Assembly: GCA_010093815.1 (NCBI GenBank)
Contig: ML996580.1
Reading direction: 5' to 3' (one strand)
DNA length: 64,000 bases
Origin: Pseudovirgaria hyperparasitica
Taxonomy: Eukaryota
Shown here one piece after another: positions 47,152-59,562 of the stretch (within the stretch, counting starts at the first letter, position 1; the number at the start of each line of letters is the position of its first letter). The notes under the pieces were generated by a model. The model worked only from the letters and a program-made list of their open reading frames with translations. It was not told where the DNA came from and did no database searches. Made by a program: the position numbers and the translations under genes.

Positions 47152-48951
47152 ACCATATATTCTCTTTCCATCTAACGATCCACGACATGACGATTTTCTA
47201 CTCAAGATGTTTTTATCTATTCGAGACTCTTGTCACATATATCACCAGCGGTGCGATCTACCAAACTACAGCCAAATACCATACTATTATACGTGGTACA
47301 AGTCACATGCTCTAAACCTGATCCATTCCCACTTTCTCGTATTCCCGTCTGTCTTAATTAATTCCCTTCTAACCCCACGGTACCGAGTAAACCTTCTCTC
47401 GCGGTGCGGCATACGGGCATAGGGCTTGCCCAACCCGCCAAAGTGGACGCGTGAGGAAAGGCCCGAACTGTGCCGCAGTCATACAGCTCCTGGCGCAAGC
47501 CTCTACCAACTCTGACGCTAATTACCCAGCAATCTATTCCTGCAGCTCAGGCGCTCTCGCTGACCTATCGTGGCCCTCCTTGATCCCAGGGTTGGCGGTC
47601 CAGTCGGCGAGTCGGGACTGCAATATCGTATTCAATGGCCTCGTCAGCGGCGCCTATCGTACCAGCACACCTCATGATCGGTCCACGGTGGGGTTGGCTG
47701 GAATGACAGACATGCATGATGCAAGGTTTTGATCTTCTCGGATCGGCCGCCTGCTGGCTGGTCCTGTCATCCACATACACACATAACTCACCCACTCACA
47801 TGATCGAAGATTCGCAAAAAATGCAGTAATTATAATCCCGTTTCTGTCTTCTCTAGGGGGCTGGCTGGACTGCTTCACATCGATTGAGCAGGTCGTCTTA
47901 GCACACTGTATCTCTTCCTAGTCTGGCCTCCTTGTCGTCGTCGCACAAGAGCGCCCCCGGTCGTGTGTAGGTGTGTGTGTGCACAGCGCGTTTCCGGCTA
48001 CGTGGATTGGGGGTAATTATACACGTGGCCAGGAAACGCAGCGCTGGTATTTGTGTGGAGTGGAGCGGAGCTTTTGTGTTACTTGTAAGTCGCGTGGGAG
48101 CGTGTTGTACGGAGGCGGCAACGTGAGACATTTTTTTTTAGGTTTATTTTCTCTCGTGGCGAGCAGAGTAGCGTTGGTGATGGGGTTAATGAGAGAGAGA
48201 GAGAGAGTAGTCGGTAGATTATGGTGTGATGAGGTGTATAGATATAGAGAGTATTGTGTACTGTTATCAACTAGTGGAGTGTGTCTCCTCCCCCGTCTAC
48301 GCGCTTACCTAGACTCATGTTATGTTCCATGTCGATAATAGTCAATCCTGCGTCTTGCCTTCGCACACTCACCTTATTATCACTAATATATATACCATGC
48401 ATGCCTTGTCATACTACCTCCTCCCGCCTATACCTATACCTATACATCACATCACATCGCAATGTAATATAATAGATCCATGATCCCCGTCTGAATAGAA
48501 GCAACCAGGGCTACTAGGTCCTCCACGCTTCTAATACCTAATTACTGCCTAGCTAGCTAGGTATACCCAGCTCTAATTATTACCTTGGCTAGCTAGCTAT
48601 GAGTATGTATGTACAGTATGTATGCTGCTATATGACGAGCCATACGCCGTGCATGACGGGATATACGGATCTATGGCCGTGATGAGATCTACGCTGCTTG
48701 AGGCGGGGTGAGGCGCGTGGTGGTCTTGGATATACTTGCTTGGTAGTTGGACGGAGGACTTGGGTTCTGGGGATGGGTGTTTGATGGGGTTTGATGGGGT
48801 TTAGTGGGCTTTTTTATAGACTGTGTACGGACTTGTATATGTAATTCGTGCTTTATGTTAGACTGAATGCTTTCTGGTACTTTGCATAGCATCCTATATA
48901 GTATACTATACTATGATATACCATACCACACCATCCTAGACCTAATTCTAT

Positions 48952-49023
48952 CCAGCCTCTATCCATCTAAATCCCAGCCTCTATCCATCTAAATCCCAGC
49001 CTCTATCCATCTAAATCCCAGCC
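48952..49023. repeat. 22-bp tandem repeat, ~3.3 copies (CCAGCCTCTATCCATCTAAATC)
   Basis: Three exact adjacent copies plus a partial fourth. Confidence 0.95.
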
Positions 49024-52000
49024 CCTCTCCAAAGCCCAATCCATGTCCCTCCCAGTCCAAGTCCCAGTCCCAAGCAAAACCGCGCCAATCCCTCCCTCCC
49101 TTCCCAAAAAGTAGCACACCATACAACGAGTCATACATCTATCCCATACCCCATGATCCATGCAGCCTTGCCCAGCGCACGGTCCGCTGGAAAACAGCCC
49201 TTTTTTTCTTTTACTTTTCTTATTGTGGTTGTGTGATTCATCGTTGATTGTAGATAGATTTACGTGTGTGTGGGTGGGTGAGGTTGGGATGGGCATTGGG
49301 TGGATATATCCTCGTCCGCACTGTTCTGCAAAATTGTCTAATCATGGTGTGAGTTCAGGTTTAGGAGGTGTCTCGCTGGCTCGCTAATTAATAACTGGAG
49401 CGGGTAGAAGTTCGAGACCGGGATATCTCCGAAATGCTAAAGAAAACTAGAGTTCGTTTCCGATCTATGCCCGCCGCCGTCGCCGCCGCCGCCCGGGCTC
49501 GGCTCGGACAGATTGTGTGCTGGGTGCGTGCTGGGTGCGTGCTTGGGCTATGATGAAGTCTGCTATGCGCTATGTGTGCGCTGTGTGCTGTGCTGTGCGC
49601 TGTGCTGAGTGCTGTGCTGAGTGAGGCCTCTCCTACTCCTTCTCCTTCCTCCTTCCTCCTCCATTCTAGTAGTTATCTGTGCGTGGGGCTAGGTATCAGG
49701 TAGGAAGGAAGGAAGGAAGCCCGCCACTGAGCAGAGAGTGGGGTTTGGGGTGGGCTTACGCGCTTGTAGTGGTCGTGCGTGGGAGCCAGCCCCGACGACA
49801 CGCGCCGAGCCGTTCCGAAAGGAAGATGAGTTTTGGGGGGGGAGGGAGGTACGGAGGGGGTTCGTGTACGAGGTACGATTTTGGGGAGGTGTGTTGGTTT
49901 GAGGAGGGTTGGGTCTGGGTTGTGGCTTGGGCTTGGGCTTGCAAGGGCTTTGAGGGTGGAGGTGGAGGTGATTGGAAGGGGACCGGGCGGATGGAATGGG
50001 GAGATGAGTTGTTTGATGGTTTCTTGAGACTTGTGTGAGGCTGGATGGCGATGCTGGGCAGAAGCTCTAATTAGGGGCAAAGGGGAGGAGGGGGTCCGGG
50101 AGTTTCGTAGAGAGTGGTATTTTGAAATGTTTTGATTTCAAATGCTTCCTCGTCGTTTATGTTCGTGTTCGGGTCGCTGGTGTTGGGCGTTTTCTTGAGG
50201 GAGGATGGATGGGATATAGGAGACTGTTCACCCTATTATCGACAGAACAACGACGGCTGGTTACGAAAAATACCAGATTCCTCCCCTCCATTGTATTTGA
50301 AATCTATCGTGACTCAGCTTGGCGTTGGGCGAAACCTCCATATGGTCCCTTCAAAATAAGGTTTGCAGAGTGGATACCAGCTGCCCTCGAGATCGACACG
50401 ACACCCCCCAGCCTCGTTGCCCCTAATCAATTACCCCACGATACCACAACATGCTCTCATTAGCTCATGTGCCAGAAGTAAACTTTTTAGGCCAAATCAT
50501 CGGCTTGGGAAGTTTGGTCCGCCAACGACACGCCAGATTGCACCAAGGATGTATTCTTAGAATAATTAGGGTTCGAAGGTGCATGTCCATGTGTTGTAGA
50601 CAGGACGGACAGCTTCATTCTCGTGTTTCATTCCCCTGAAACCGTGCCCCTGGTCTTGGTAAGATGAGGTATTGAACCATGGAACCGAGGTTCGAGGCGC
50701 GTGCTGCACGCACGTATGAGTTTGATCGATCTGGCATGCTGTATAATTAGCACCAGTAGCAGGAGCCTCACAGCGAGACAATAGCGAGACAATGTTAGCA
50801 GAGCAGCTGCGTTTGATGTGGGTAAAGCACTTACAAGTGAAGAACCCTTGGTGTATGATACTGGAATCCCCAACAACACAAGCCTGGCCAGGGTGTGTGT
50901 TCATTCCTTTACTCATAGATACTCACCCAGCCCGCAAGCCCGGTCCAGTCTGGTCTGTTCTGCTGCATCCATCCATCCATCCATCCCACATCAAAAAAGG
51001 CACATCCCGCGAGAAAAGGACGAAATAAGCGGAACCCACCCGAGAAAGCTTCATGCAAATCGCTCCTGTCGCGTCGCGGTCGCGTGTAAGCGAGCAGCTG
51101 AGAGCCATATAATGGATCCATAGACAGCTGTCCGAACGTTCTACTAATTATGCCTCAAAAGGCAACATCGGCCCTTCCACCTGCCAGCGAGGCTCGAGAA
51201 GCCCATGCTCTGAGAACGTTGGCTTGCAGCACCAAAACACTGGACGTTTGGATGGATGGATGGGATCCAAGCTACAGTACACATGGTGTCGGGATGCTCC
51301 GCTCGGTATCCTCCGGAGCGGTTTGCTTTCGTTAGCAAAGCTTTTTTCTCTCGTCCGACCGCCGTTGAGATATTTAGTTGGGTGTACGCCACAATGACTG
51401 CTTTTGGGGCATCTCCCGGCCCCCGGCCGAGCGCCTTGCTGGCTACGATTCCTTCCACCGAAGCGCTTTGGAAGCCGGGAAGCCAGAGGATCGGTTCGAA
51501 TTTTCTTTTTTTTTTCTTTTCTTTTTCTTTCTTTCTTGGTCGAATTCATGCTCGATCCGGGGAAGGTCACGTTGTTGCAAGTCTAGGCTGAAACTGTGCC
51601 TGAGGCATGGATTATATGTTCACGACACACAAGAGAGATATACAGACAAGTCTGTTATATTATAATCACCGTGGACTCTTTGCGGGCGGCTTTGTCTACT
51701 GCACAGAGCCGGCTATAAACACGAATTCGTCTTAATATCCACTTGACTTATTTCGAGCCAATATAATCTCGTCCCAGAACGAACTTGAGCAACGGGGCCT
51801 GTATTATGCGCGGACGGGCAATTCCTACAAACAGGAGAATATGCTCCGGTAGTACATACAGGTAGATGAATGCGATTGTATCCAGAAGGCCGTACAAATA
51901 TCAGGTTGACACAGGACGGTCACTAGCACCAGCAATGCAGTTCATTCGCCTGGAAGAATCTATCTGAGAATGTCGATACCGCCCTTGATTACACTTGAAG

Positions 52001-52137
52001 TCACCTGTAGCACGTACGTTCTAGACGATAGCGCGACCCAATCCATGGTACGTTGACTGAGCCTTTATGTCTGAAACCATGGGACTGGCATTCCGGGTCT
52101 TCCGAACAAGGTTATAAGGAACGCACTGCTTCGCAGA

Positions 52138-52245
52138 AAATCTTTCTTTTTTCCTTTCTATATCCTACTCGCATACTGGAGCCCTTCACAGGAAATCTTT
52201 CTTTTTTCCTTTCTATATCCTACTCGCATGCTGGAGCCCTCCACA
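52138..52245. repeat. 55-bp tandem duplication
   Basis: AAATCTTTCTTTTTTCCTTTCTATATCCTACTCGCAT(A/G)CTGGAGCCCT(T/C)CACA starts at 52138 and again at 52193. Confidence 0.92.
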
Positions 52246-52499
52246 TATAAGCCTTGTCATGCTTTCTAGTTCAAAAACCTCGAATGTCCCCGGAACTCAT
52301 CTCTCACGCCTCGGTGACAATTCTTTTTTCTAAAACTTCCTTCGCGGTGTAGTGCACTCTCAGCAATGAGCGTAGCAAATGGTACAGACAGGGAGAAAGA
52401 GCTTCACATAAGGTCTTTCTTTCACTTGTGTCATGATGGGTTCAAGAACGTAGAGGTGTGTCAACTCCAGTACAATCTGAAATCTGACATCTGCATGAC

Positions 52500-53977
52500 T
52501 TTTCCATTTGAATTTGGGAAACTGCTAACATTCAGACCATAGAGAGGCAGATGTCGTTAAATCTGAATCGAGCATCATGACTGCCTCTCTCGAGGTCGAA
52601 GCCATATTATCCACAGACCATGTCCTTACATATTCACATGCAACCTGCTGCCATATTGCTCCAAAGCTCCATAAATCCTCCGAGTCGACCCCGGAGCTGA
52701 CATATTGCCCCTTATTACACGACCTTCACATCCGATTCTCACACCCGACTGCCACACCCAACGTCAACACCGCAATGTCTTTTAGCTGCAGAGAGATCTG
52801 GCCTAGGAAGATCGATGCCTATAATAGTTATCAGGCGACAAGGCCCTCGTATCATAGCAACAAGAGATCAAGCATACCTCGGAGTGCGGCCGAACTTGCC
52901 AAATACGGTGCCATGCTTGCCCTCATGACCACATGAAGGTCCCGCTGGACGCACTGGAGGCATGTCAACTAAGTCCTTGGTAGCCAGGAATCTCAATCAA
53001 AACTTGAGTCCAACGAGCTGTAGACATACTGTCGGGCCTCTTTCATGCTTGTTCGACGAGCAGACAATCCCCAATGACAAGGAATCCTAATTGAACGGAA
53101 CTCCAACATTGACGGCTGTGTGTCGGTATTTGAAAGCCTTGATCGAGCCGGTGCTTCCCTCTTCGGTGAGGTATGCGTTCAACAGGAGGTAGGATATGAT
53201 CGTTGTACTGTAAGTCCCCCTCTCAATTAGTAAGGCGTATATATCATCGAGGATGAGGAATAACACTCACAATGAATGTGATGAGCTGCCTCATACATGG
53301 ATAATGTCGAGTCGTATTGCATCGGCGAGCTTCGAGCTTTGGCGATTTTATATCAACTGTCAGCCACAAGGCTGATAGTACGTCCCCCTGGACACCTGGA
53401 GGCCATCATCATGGGCAGGATGGGGCCCCAAGTAGGTGTTCAGCGCAATCTCCCCTGGTTCATGGCCACCTAGGTATGGGAGTAGCACCTAGGTGGTGGT
53501 TCTTCCTATCACAAAAAAACGAAAGAAACACAGGGTCAAAAGTTAACAAGGGACGCACCTTTGCATTCAATCTGAGATATCCATTTGGCTGAATTATGAA
53601 ATCTGAGACTGACTCTGAGATGACGACTGGGTCTTTGGTACTGAGAGTTCATTTCAAAGAGAGTGGAAGCTGCTAACGGTTGTATGTTTAAGCAGGTCAA
53701 GGACTCGAACAGTGAGGCGAATCGAATAGCTAAAGATGGAACTTGAAGTTGAAGAGTTGAGAAGATATAGGTATTCCGGCCGTAGAACCGCGAGGAGGAT
53801 GTTTTATCGATGGATGAGCTGTTTCTTTACAGATCAAGATACGAGTTCCAAGGTCAGAGAGTGGGAGAACAGTCATGGACATTCTAAGAAGAAGTGCAGG
53901 AGGAACTGGAAGATGATGATGAGAAGTAAGATGGAAAGAAGATGAAGGGACAAGAGTGGTAGACCTTCTTATAAATA
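52500..53977 (-). ncRNA. Candidate multi-intron non-coding transcript or decayed gene (ends approximate)
   Basis: TATA-like TATTTATAA (53977-53969), a pyrimidine-rich leader, and four same-strand canonical introns (53558-53506, 53270-53208, 53029-52954, 52877-52819). Two internal exons have stops in all three frames. Confidence 0.4.
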
Positions 53978-54702
53978 AAGGCTACTTGGCTAAGCAAACT
54001 TTAGGCAGTCGTTATAGAGACGACGGAGTAGCTACAAACGAAGTTGAATAGAGTGTTGGGCCTCTTGTCTCGCTCTTGCACTGCATATCCACCGTATGAA
54101 GTATGAAGGCATTCCTTGAGGAAGTAACCTGTATTATAGATTAATGACAGGAGCATCCTGACAACACTGGGTTTCGCTCTTTGGCTAGGGCTTACCGTTA
54201 GCAGGCGTCGCTTCTTACTATGCGCCTGCTACCGCTTACAAGGTACAATCTGGACTGTATCGACCAGAGGGATATCACAACAAAGATGTGCGCAAGATAA
54301 CAGTCGAGACCAGCCTTTGACTACCTGAAGATCAAGTTCTACCTTGTTCATTGCGATACATATCACTCCCATACAACGGTGAATGTTGTTTTGCAGGCTT
54401 TAATGATTCTTAATCTAGAATATGGCATTAGGAATATCCATAGTCATATTGTTATGACTAGTGTCAGTAACCGTCGCAGTATACACATACAAATTCAAGA
54501 GATCTTGGATTCTCTCCTTGGCACATGGATTCAATTACCATTAGGAGATGCACATCGACTGCGGCCATTAAACTTGATAGATATAAGCTATCTCTCCTCT
54601 CTAGAGACTACACTCCGGGCTGACCAGTGAGTGAACGGGGGTAGTGAAACAATGGGTACACAAATCAGGCGTCATGTATGATTTTATGACTTGTATCACC
54701 AT

Positions 54703-55206
54703 TCACGTAGGCTTCTGTCCCATCATGATCGTATTTGGGGGGACCTGAAAACCCTCCACTCTTTGATTGAAGATGATCACATTCTTGAGGTAAGTCAGTA
54801 ATGTACACATGATTATCCCACAGGGACGTACTCCGTCATGATCCTCCACAGTCGCATCCTTCAATCCCCAAGGCTTGACACTCACACTCCCCTTTACAAG
54901 TGCCTTCTTCTCAACCAGCTTTTGATGTAGCATTTCCAACTCATCAGCCTCGCCTCCAATTGTGATATAGATCTTGCCACACTGAACATCATTCTCGATA
55001 CCGGGGAAGCCACGCTTACGAAGATACACATTTACTGCGGCATCATATTTGCCGACGGATTCGTCGTCGACGATTTGGAGCCAGCAATGGTTGTCGCCGT
55101 CTCTGCCGGCAAGGCGGAAGCCTAGGATTTCAGTGTAGTATTCTATGGCTGAGGGAATATTGGAGACCGGGAGGGATGGAGTGATCTTCGTGAATCTGGG
55201 TGCCAT
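54703..55206 (-). CDS. VOC-superfamily (glyoxalase/bleomycin-resistance-like) protein, 2 exons (55206-54832, 54783-54703)
   Basis: ITPSLPVSNIPSAIEYYTEILGF and KPWGLKDATVEDHDG-NVIIF are VOC motifs; the latter is restored by removing a 48-nt intron gtacgt...actgac...caag. Confidence 0.85.
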   Translation of the reverse strand: MAPRFTKITPSLPVSNIPSAIEYYTEILGFRLAGRDGDNHCWLQIVDDESVGKYDAAVNVYLRKRGFPGIENDVQCGKIYITIGGEADELEMLHQKLVEKKALVKGSVSVKPWGLKDATVEDHDGVRPCGIIMCTLLTYLKNVIIFNQRVEGFQVPPNTIMMGQKPT

Positions 55207-55782
55207 GGTTTTTGCAAACTCCAAGATAAGGTATGATGACAGTATTTACCATTATTTCCCAGTCTCCCAAGCACGTCGTCGTGTTATGATAGAGCAATGT
55301 GGGGTTTCCGAATTAGGTCAAGCCACTGAGGGCACGAGCGCAGGGGTCTAGAACGAGTACGACATGGCTTGAGGAACTTTCTAGATGGTAGGTAGACACA
55401 ACATGAAGCCTACGTGATTTATTTTGAAGTCGAACTTCGTAAAATGCCTATGAGTGTATTTCGAGCCCCCAACAATGTATCAAGGCTAGAAAACAACGTC
55501 ATCCATAATGAATGAAAGCTCTGGAGACCCGCTAACACCCGCGTCAACGGATTCGTCGATCCCCATCACATGCTAGCTTTTACAAAATCGACGCTTCAGT
55601 CTTCAACATCACCTCAACCAAACCTTCTCAGGTACCTCCACACAATCTCTGCTCTATAGCTAAATTCTCGCTACGATACTACGTACATACCAGTACTCTT
55701 ACATCTTCGTCTTGCGAACCGACAATGGCGGCCGCGACTGACCTGATCTCATGCACGATATAGCAAGCTTTACAACGCGGCA

Positions 55783-58700
55783 ATGGCAAAGCCGCGAGAG
55801 CTCGCCGGCTCATTCGTACCGACGCCCGAATCTCTAGCATCATCGTCAACCTCCCGATCACGCTCCGCAAGCCGAAATCCGGACTATAAAGATGGTCTAC
55901 GAAGTAGTTCGCGTCCAGGATCTACCTCAGAGGTCCATCCCCATCATGCGCACCATGTCAGATACTCCGAATCCACCCAAGCAGGGACTATCATGGACCC
56001 AGAGCGGGTAGACCACCAAGATTTTGCCAAGAAGAGACAGAGTCGCATCAAGCGGTCTGGGGGCTTTCTATTGGAATCTGCAATACCAGGTCTCAGGCGA
56101 AGAGTCAGCGGAGAAAGTAAGCAACGAGAACAGGAATACGAAGGCCGGGCTGTAGAGAATGGGCAAGAACTAAGTGCCGATGCTGAGAAATTGAAAGTAT
56201 CAAAGACAAGGAAGCGCACAGTTCAAAGCTCGCCACTTTCCAGAGAGACGATGAAACCTGAAATTGAAGACGTCAAGAGGACCGATCACACGAGTTTCTC
56301 ATGGCAGGAGGGGCTCGACACAAAGAGGCAAAGTCAAAAAACCACACATGTGCACGAAGATAGTCACACATGGCCAAGTGCTACATCCAGTCATCAGAAC
56401 TCCCGCCGACCTGCGCCCGCGATCGACCCGACTCAGATCGTGAACATGGCTTTGAACCTAAGCGAAAGTAGGAGGAGGAATATCAGTGTCGGCCAGGTAG
56501 CTGTTGGACCCATGGCAAATTCGCGACGAGCTGTTTCGAGGACTCCAGATAACTCAATGCTCCTACAAGGCAGCTACCACAGCTCGAATACGGGAGGAAG
56601 TTTGAAACAGCATCTACAACAGCAGCGTAGATCTTCGCGAAATATATCTCCCGTAACTGGGAGATCTTCTCCACGAAGTCGACATACTTCAACACCACAC
56701 TCCGTGGTTTCGTCTGATCCTTCTGTCACGATGCTAGAGAACCAGGAGGTCTCTTACAGGTTCTCAGATGCGACTCTAGCAAGGGCCACAAAGGCACGTG
56801 CCTACTTGGAATTGTCAATCGAACACAGGCGGTTATTACAGTACCTACCGCCCTTGAAACCCGATTTTCTCGCGCCGGGTAACTACCAGGTGTCATCAAG
56901 CAGTGTACCTGGCACGACCTCTGTCGAGCTTCAGCGGTCAACTTCGAACAAAACAGCGAAGTTTCCCTTGGGTCGACAGTACAACCCTCTTCAGCTAATC
57001 CGCAATCGAAAGATGAGAGCGCGGGAGAGGCGCCCTCTGGATACCGAGCCCGAAGACTTCGAGGATGTTCTTCGCACACGGGTATGGGTAGATGGTGTCG
57101 AAGAAACTTCAAAACGCCGCAGTTACCGAAAGCTTGACTCGGTGAATCTGCCTACATTTGGCCACAGTAGCGACTTCCAACGAAGCGCAAACAACACGGC
57201 TATGCCAGGGCAGAAACGACCCAAAATCGAGTGGTCATTCTCGCCGGGTGAGCTCTTTGCTGACGCATATTGGCTCGAACAAAACAGCAATAAGGCAGCC
57301 ATAGTAAATCGAAATGGCAACAAAATCTTTGACTCAAGGCGACCTCAGACTGCCATACCGCCTCGCGTAAGCGCAGAAATATCGCGAACGATGCAGAGGA
57401 CCAACACGAGTTCCAACGAGTCGTACGATGGAGGGAGATCGGATACGTACACTGCCGAGGACAGTGATGCACAAAGTCATCGCGGCCGTAAACGAAGACT
57501 GCTACGGGCGGAAAAGCACGGGTGGCACGGAAGACATCGCTCACGAAGCTCCTCAGGCTTGTCTTCATCTGATGATGAATCTAACAGACTCATGAGCCTA
57601 TCGCACCGCCGTACTGGAACTATAGACCTGAATACAGGCCCTCTGCAAAGCCATCTCAATGACTTGATTGAGCGGGAAAAAGGCATGATCTCTCCAGAGG
57701 TCGAATCGCCGGACCACTGGGGCTCTGGGCATGTGTCTTTGACTGGCGAGGTTATTTCACCTTTGCGCAAATCATCCGTCGTATCGGATGGATTTGAAGG
57801 GAGTGGAGCTATGAAGAAGAGGCCAACGCACCTGCAGGCAAAACATTCTGTCGAAGGTCCTGAAGAGGCCATGAGGAATCGATCATCATATGAGGACCTA
57901 TCATCTGCTCCAAACTCGCCTGGATTTCCACGATTCCTCCCTCAAGGTCGCATCGACAGTACGCCTCCTTCCAGTCGGAGAGGTAGTCTATCGAAAGGTA
58001 GTACAAAATATAAGCTTGGCACCTTCCGTTCAAGCAATCCCCATGATGGCAATGATTCGGCCCAGGACGCGGATCATACTTCTAATTCGCGACAAACGAG
58101 CGGCGATAAGTTGTCGAATGCTCCAGGCGCGAAGTTCATGCCTGCCATCGGTGTGAAGCATCTCTTCTCACACAAACGTAACGAGAGCCGCAATAGTATC
58201 GTAGAGCGGATAGATACTCATGTCCAAGACGAGAAGCGCGAGTCCAAAGAGACCAAAGAACCACAATCCGCGGTCACTCGGTTCCTCAAGGGCGTAAAGA
58301 ACGAAGGATCAAAGGTCGGCGACTTCATATTTCGAAAAGAAGCAGGTGATGATACAGTCTCGTCCTCAGATTCGGACCTCGACGTATCTGATGTTGGAGA
58401 ACAATATCGAGCAGAAAAGTTGAAGAAGCGACCTACACATGTCAAACGAAGTTCAACCTCTGTAATCGAGACCATGAACTCACTGAAGCCTGCTCGGACT
58501 AGGCCTTTCAAACTACCAATCTTTCGTTCTACCCATGTTCATGTGGATGACAACGATACGGTGTCTACCAACGAGGATGATATCGAAGAACGGAAAGCCG
58601 ATGATCGGGAGAACCTGTTACCTGCCATGGAGCTGCGCACGTCCAAGACCCGTTCTGAGAACCTCTCAACGGCGAATCCTATATCTACAAGGCCCCAAGA

Positions 58701-59562
58701 ACCAAAAGCTCGCCCCAGTTTCACACTCACACGATCACGCTCCGATACGCGCACACGCCTCGCCAACATCCTTGAACATCCAGGAACAGTCGGTCGTGGT
58801 GGTCTGCCTGTCACATCCCTTGCCCGCCTCTCTCCTTCTCCGTCTCGCGAGCCATCCCACAGTCGTGACCGTTCCGACCAGCGCAGTAACAGCCGCCACT
58901 GGTCAATCTCCGACCGCAAGAACTCCCAGCCCAGCACCACCTCAACTATCACCCGTGCCGACATCGCGCGGACACGCGCCCTACTTCTTTGCACAGGTAT
59001 CAAGGCCCGCGAAATCACTCGCCGTGCCCATGTCGTTCGTGACGAACCGGCGCCATTCCTCCGCAAAGCCATAGCGGCGGCCTCCAAGGAGTGTGGCTAT
59101 GATACTCCTCGCGTACCACGCATGCAGGAACATGTTCTTGCCGCTCGAATCCTATCTGAGCAATTATCTGGCCGTACGGCGACCCTGCGCACCGAGACGT
59201 CGCTTTTCAAAGAGACACATATCGAGCCATTACACAAGCAATTACTGGCGTTGCGTGCTCTCTTACATGATGAGTTGGCACCCCAAATCAAGAATGCCGG
59301 GGCTGATGCCGAGACGTATGCGTCAAGGCTGAGTCGCACATATCCGCTGGAGACGAAGACAGTAGTCGAGAGGGCAGACATTTTGGTCAGAGCAAGACGG
59401 AGGAAGGGCAGATGGTTAAGACGGGGCGGATGGGCGCTCGTAGAGTATCTGTTGCTGGGCGCGATGTGGTGGCTGTGGTTGTTGGTAACGGTGTGGCGAG
59501 TCGTGAGGGGTATCGTGGGTGGAACGGGGAGAGCGGTTAGGTGGGTGCTATGGTTACCATGA
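55783..59562 (+). CDS. MTC4: Mtc4-like (maintenance of telomere capping) protein, 1259 aa
   Basis: Long Ser/Arg-rich ORF with conserved-looking blocks YNPLQLIRNRK and WSFSPGELFADAYWLE...NRNGNKIF, and a C-terminal hydrophobic segment (WALVEYLLLGAMWWLWLLVTVW). The family call is from recall, not a search. Confidence 0.7.
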   Translation: MAKPRELAGSFVPTPESLASSSTSRSRSASRNPDYKDGLRSSSRPGSTSEVHPHHAHHVRYSESTQAGTIMDPERVDHQDFAKKRQSRIKRSGGFLLESAIPGLRRRVSGESKQREQEYEGRAVENGQELSADAEKLKVSKTRKRTVQSSPLSRETMKPEIEDVKRTDHTSFSWQEGLDTKRQSQKTTHVHEDSHTWPSATSSHQNSRRPAPAIDPTQIVNMALNLSESRRRNISVGQVAVGPMANSRRAVSRTPDNSMLLQGSYHSSNTGGSLKQHLQQQRRSSRNISPVTGRSSPRSRHTSTPHSVVSSDPSVTMLENQEVSYRFSDATLARATKARAYLELSIEHRRLLQYLPPLKPDFLAPGNYQVSSSSVPGTTSVELQRSTSNKTAKFPLGRQYNPLQLIRNRKMRARERRPLDTEPEDFEDVLRTRVWVDGVEETSKRRSYRKLDSVNLPTFGHSSDFQRSANNTAMPGQKRPKIEWSFSPGELFADAYWLEQNSNKAAIVNRNGNKIFDSRRPQTAIPPRVSAEISRTMQRTNTSSNESYDGGRSDTYTAEDSDAQSHRGRKRRLLRAEKHGWHGRHRSRSSSGLSSSDDESNRLMSLSHRRTGTIDLNTGPLQSHLNDLIEREKGMISPEVESPDHWGSGHVSLTGEVISPLRKSSVVSDGFEGSGAMKKRPTHLQAKHSVEGPEEAMRNRSSYEDLSSAPNSPGFPRFLPQGRIDSTPPSSRRGSLSKGSTKYKLGTFRSSNPHDGNDSAQDADHTSNSRQTSGDKLSNAPGAKFMPAIGVKHLFSHKRNESRNSIVERIDTHVQDEKRESKETKEPQSAVTRFLKGVKNEGSKVGDFIFRKEAGDDTVSSSDSDLDVSDVGEQYRAEKLKKRPTHVKRSSTSVIETMNSLKPARTRPFKLPIFRSTHVHVDDNDTVSTNEDDIEERKADDRENLLPAMELRTSKTRSENLSTANPISTRPQEPKARPSFTLTRSRSDTRTRLANILEHPGTVGRGGLPVTSLARLSPSPSREPSHSRDRSDQRSNSRHWSISDRKNSQPSTTSTITRADIARTRALLLCTGIKAREITRRAHVVRDEPAPFLRKAIAAASKECGYDTPRVPRMQEHVLAARILSEQLSGRTATLRTETSLFKETHIEPLHKQLLALRALLHDELAPQIKNAGADAETYASRLSRTYPLETKTVVERADILVRARRRKGRWLRRGGWALVEYLLLGAMWWLWLLVTVWRVVRGIVGGTGRAVRWVLWLP

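Noticed and set aside
49410..49419. Pol III B-box-like GTTCGAGACC (and GGTTCGAATT plus T-run at 51493) as tRNA/SINE
   Set aside because: No cloverleaf and no convincing A-box at the proper spacing.
47200..51600. Short ORFs in the long intergenic region
   Set aside because: Dominated by microsatellites and skewed tracts; no motif or splice path that yields a plausible protein.
53360..53415. ATGATGA...CTGA on the minus strand as a box C/D snoRNA
   Set aside because: Boxes are only ~50 nt apart, there is no terminal stem, and I could not match an rRNA-complementary guide.
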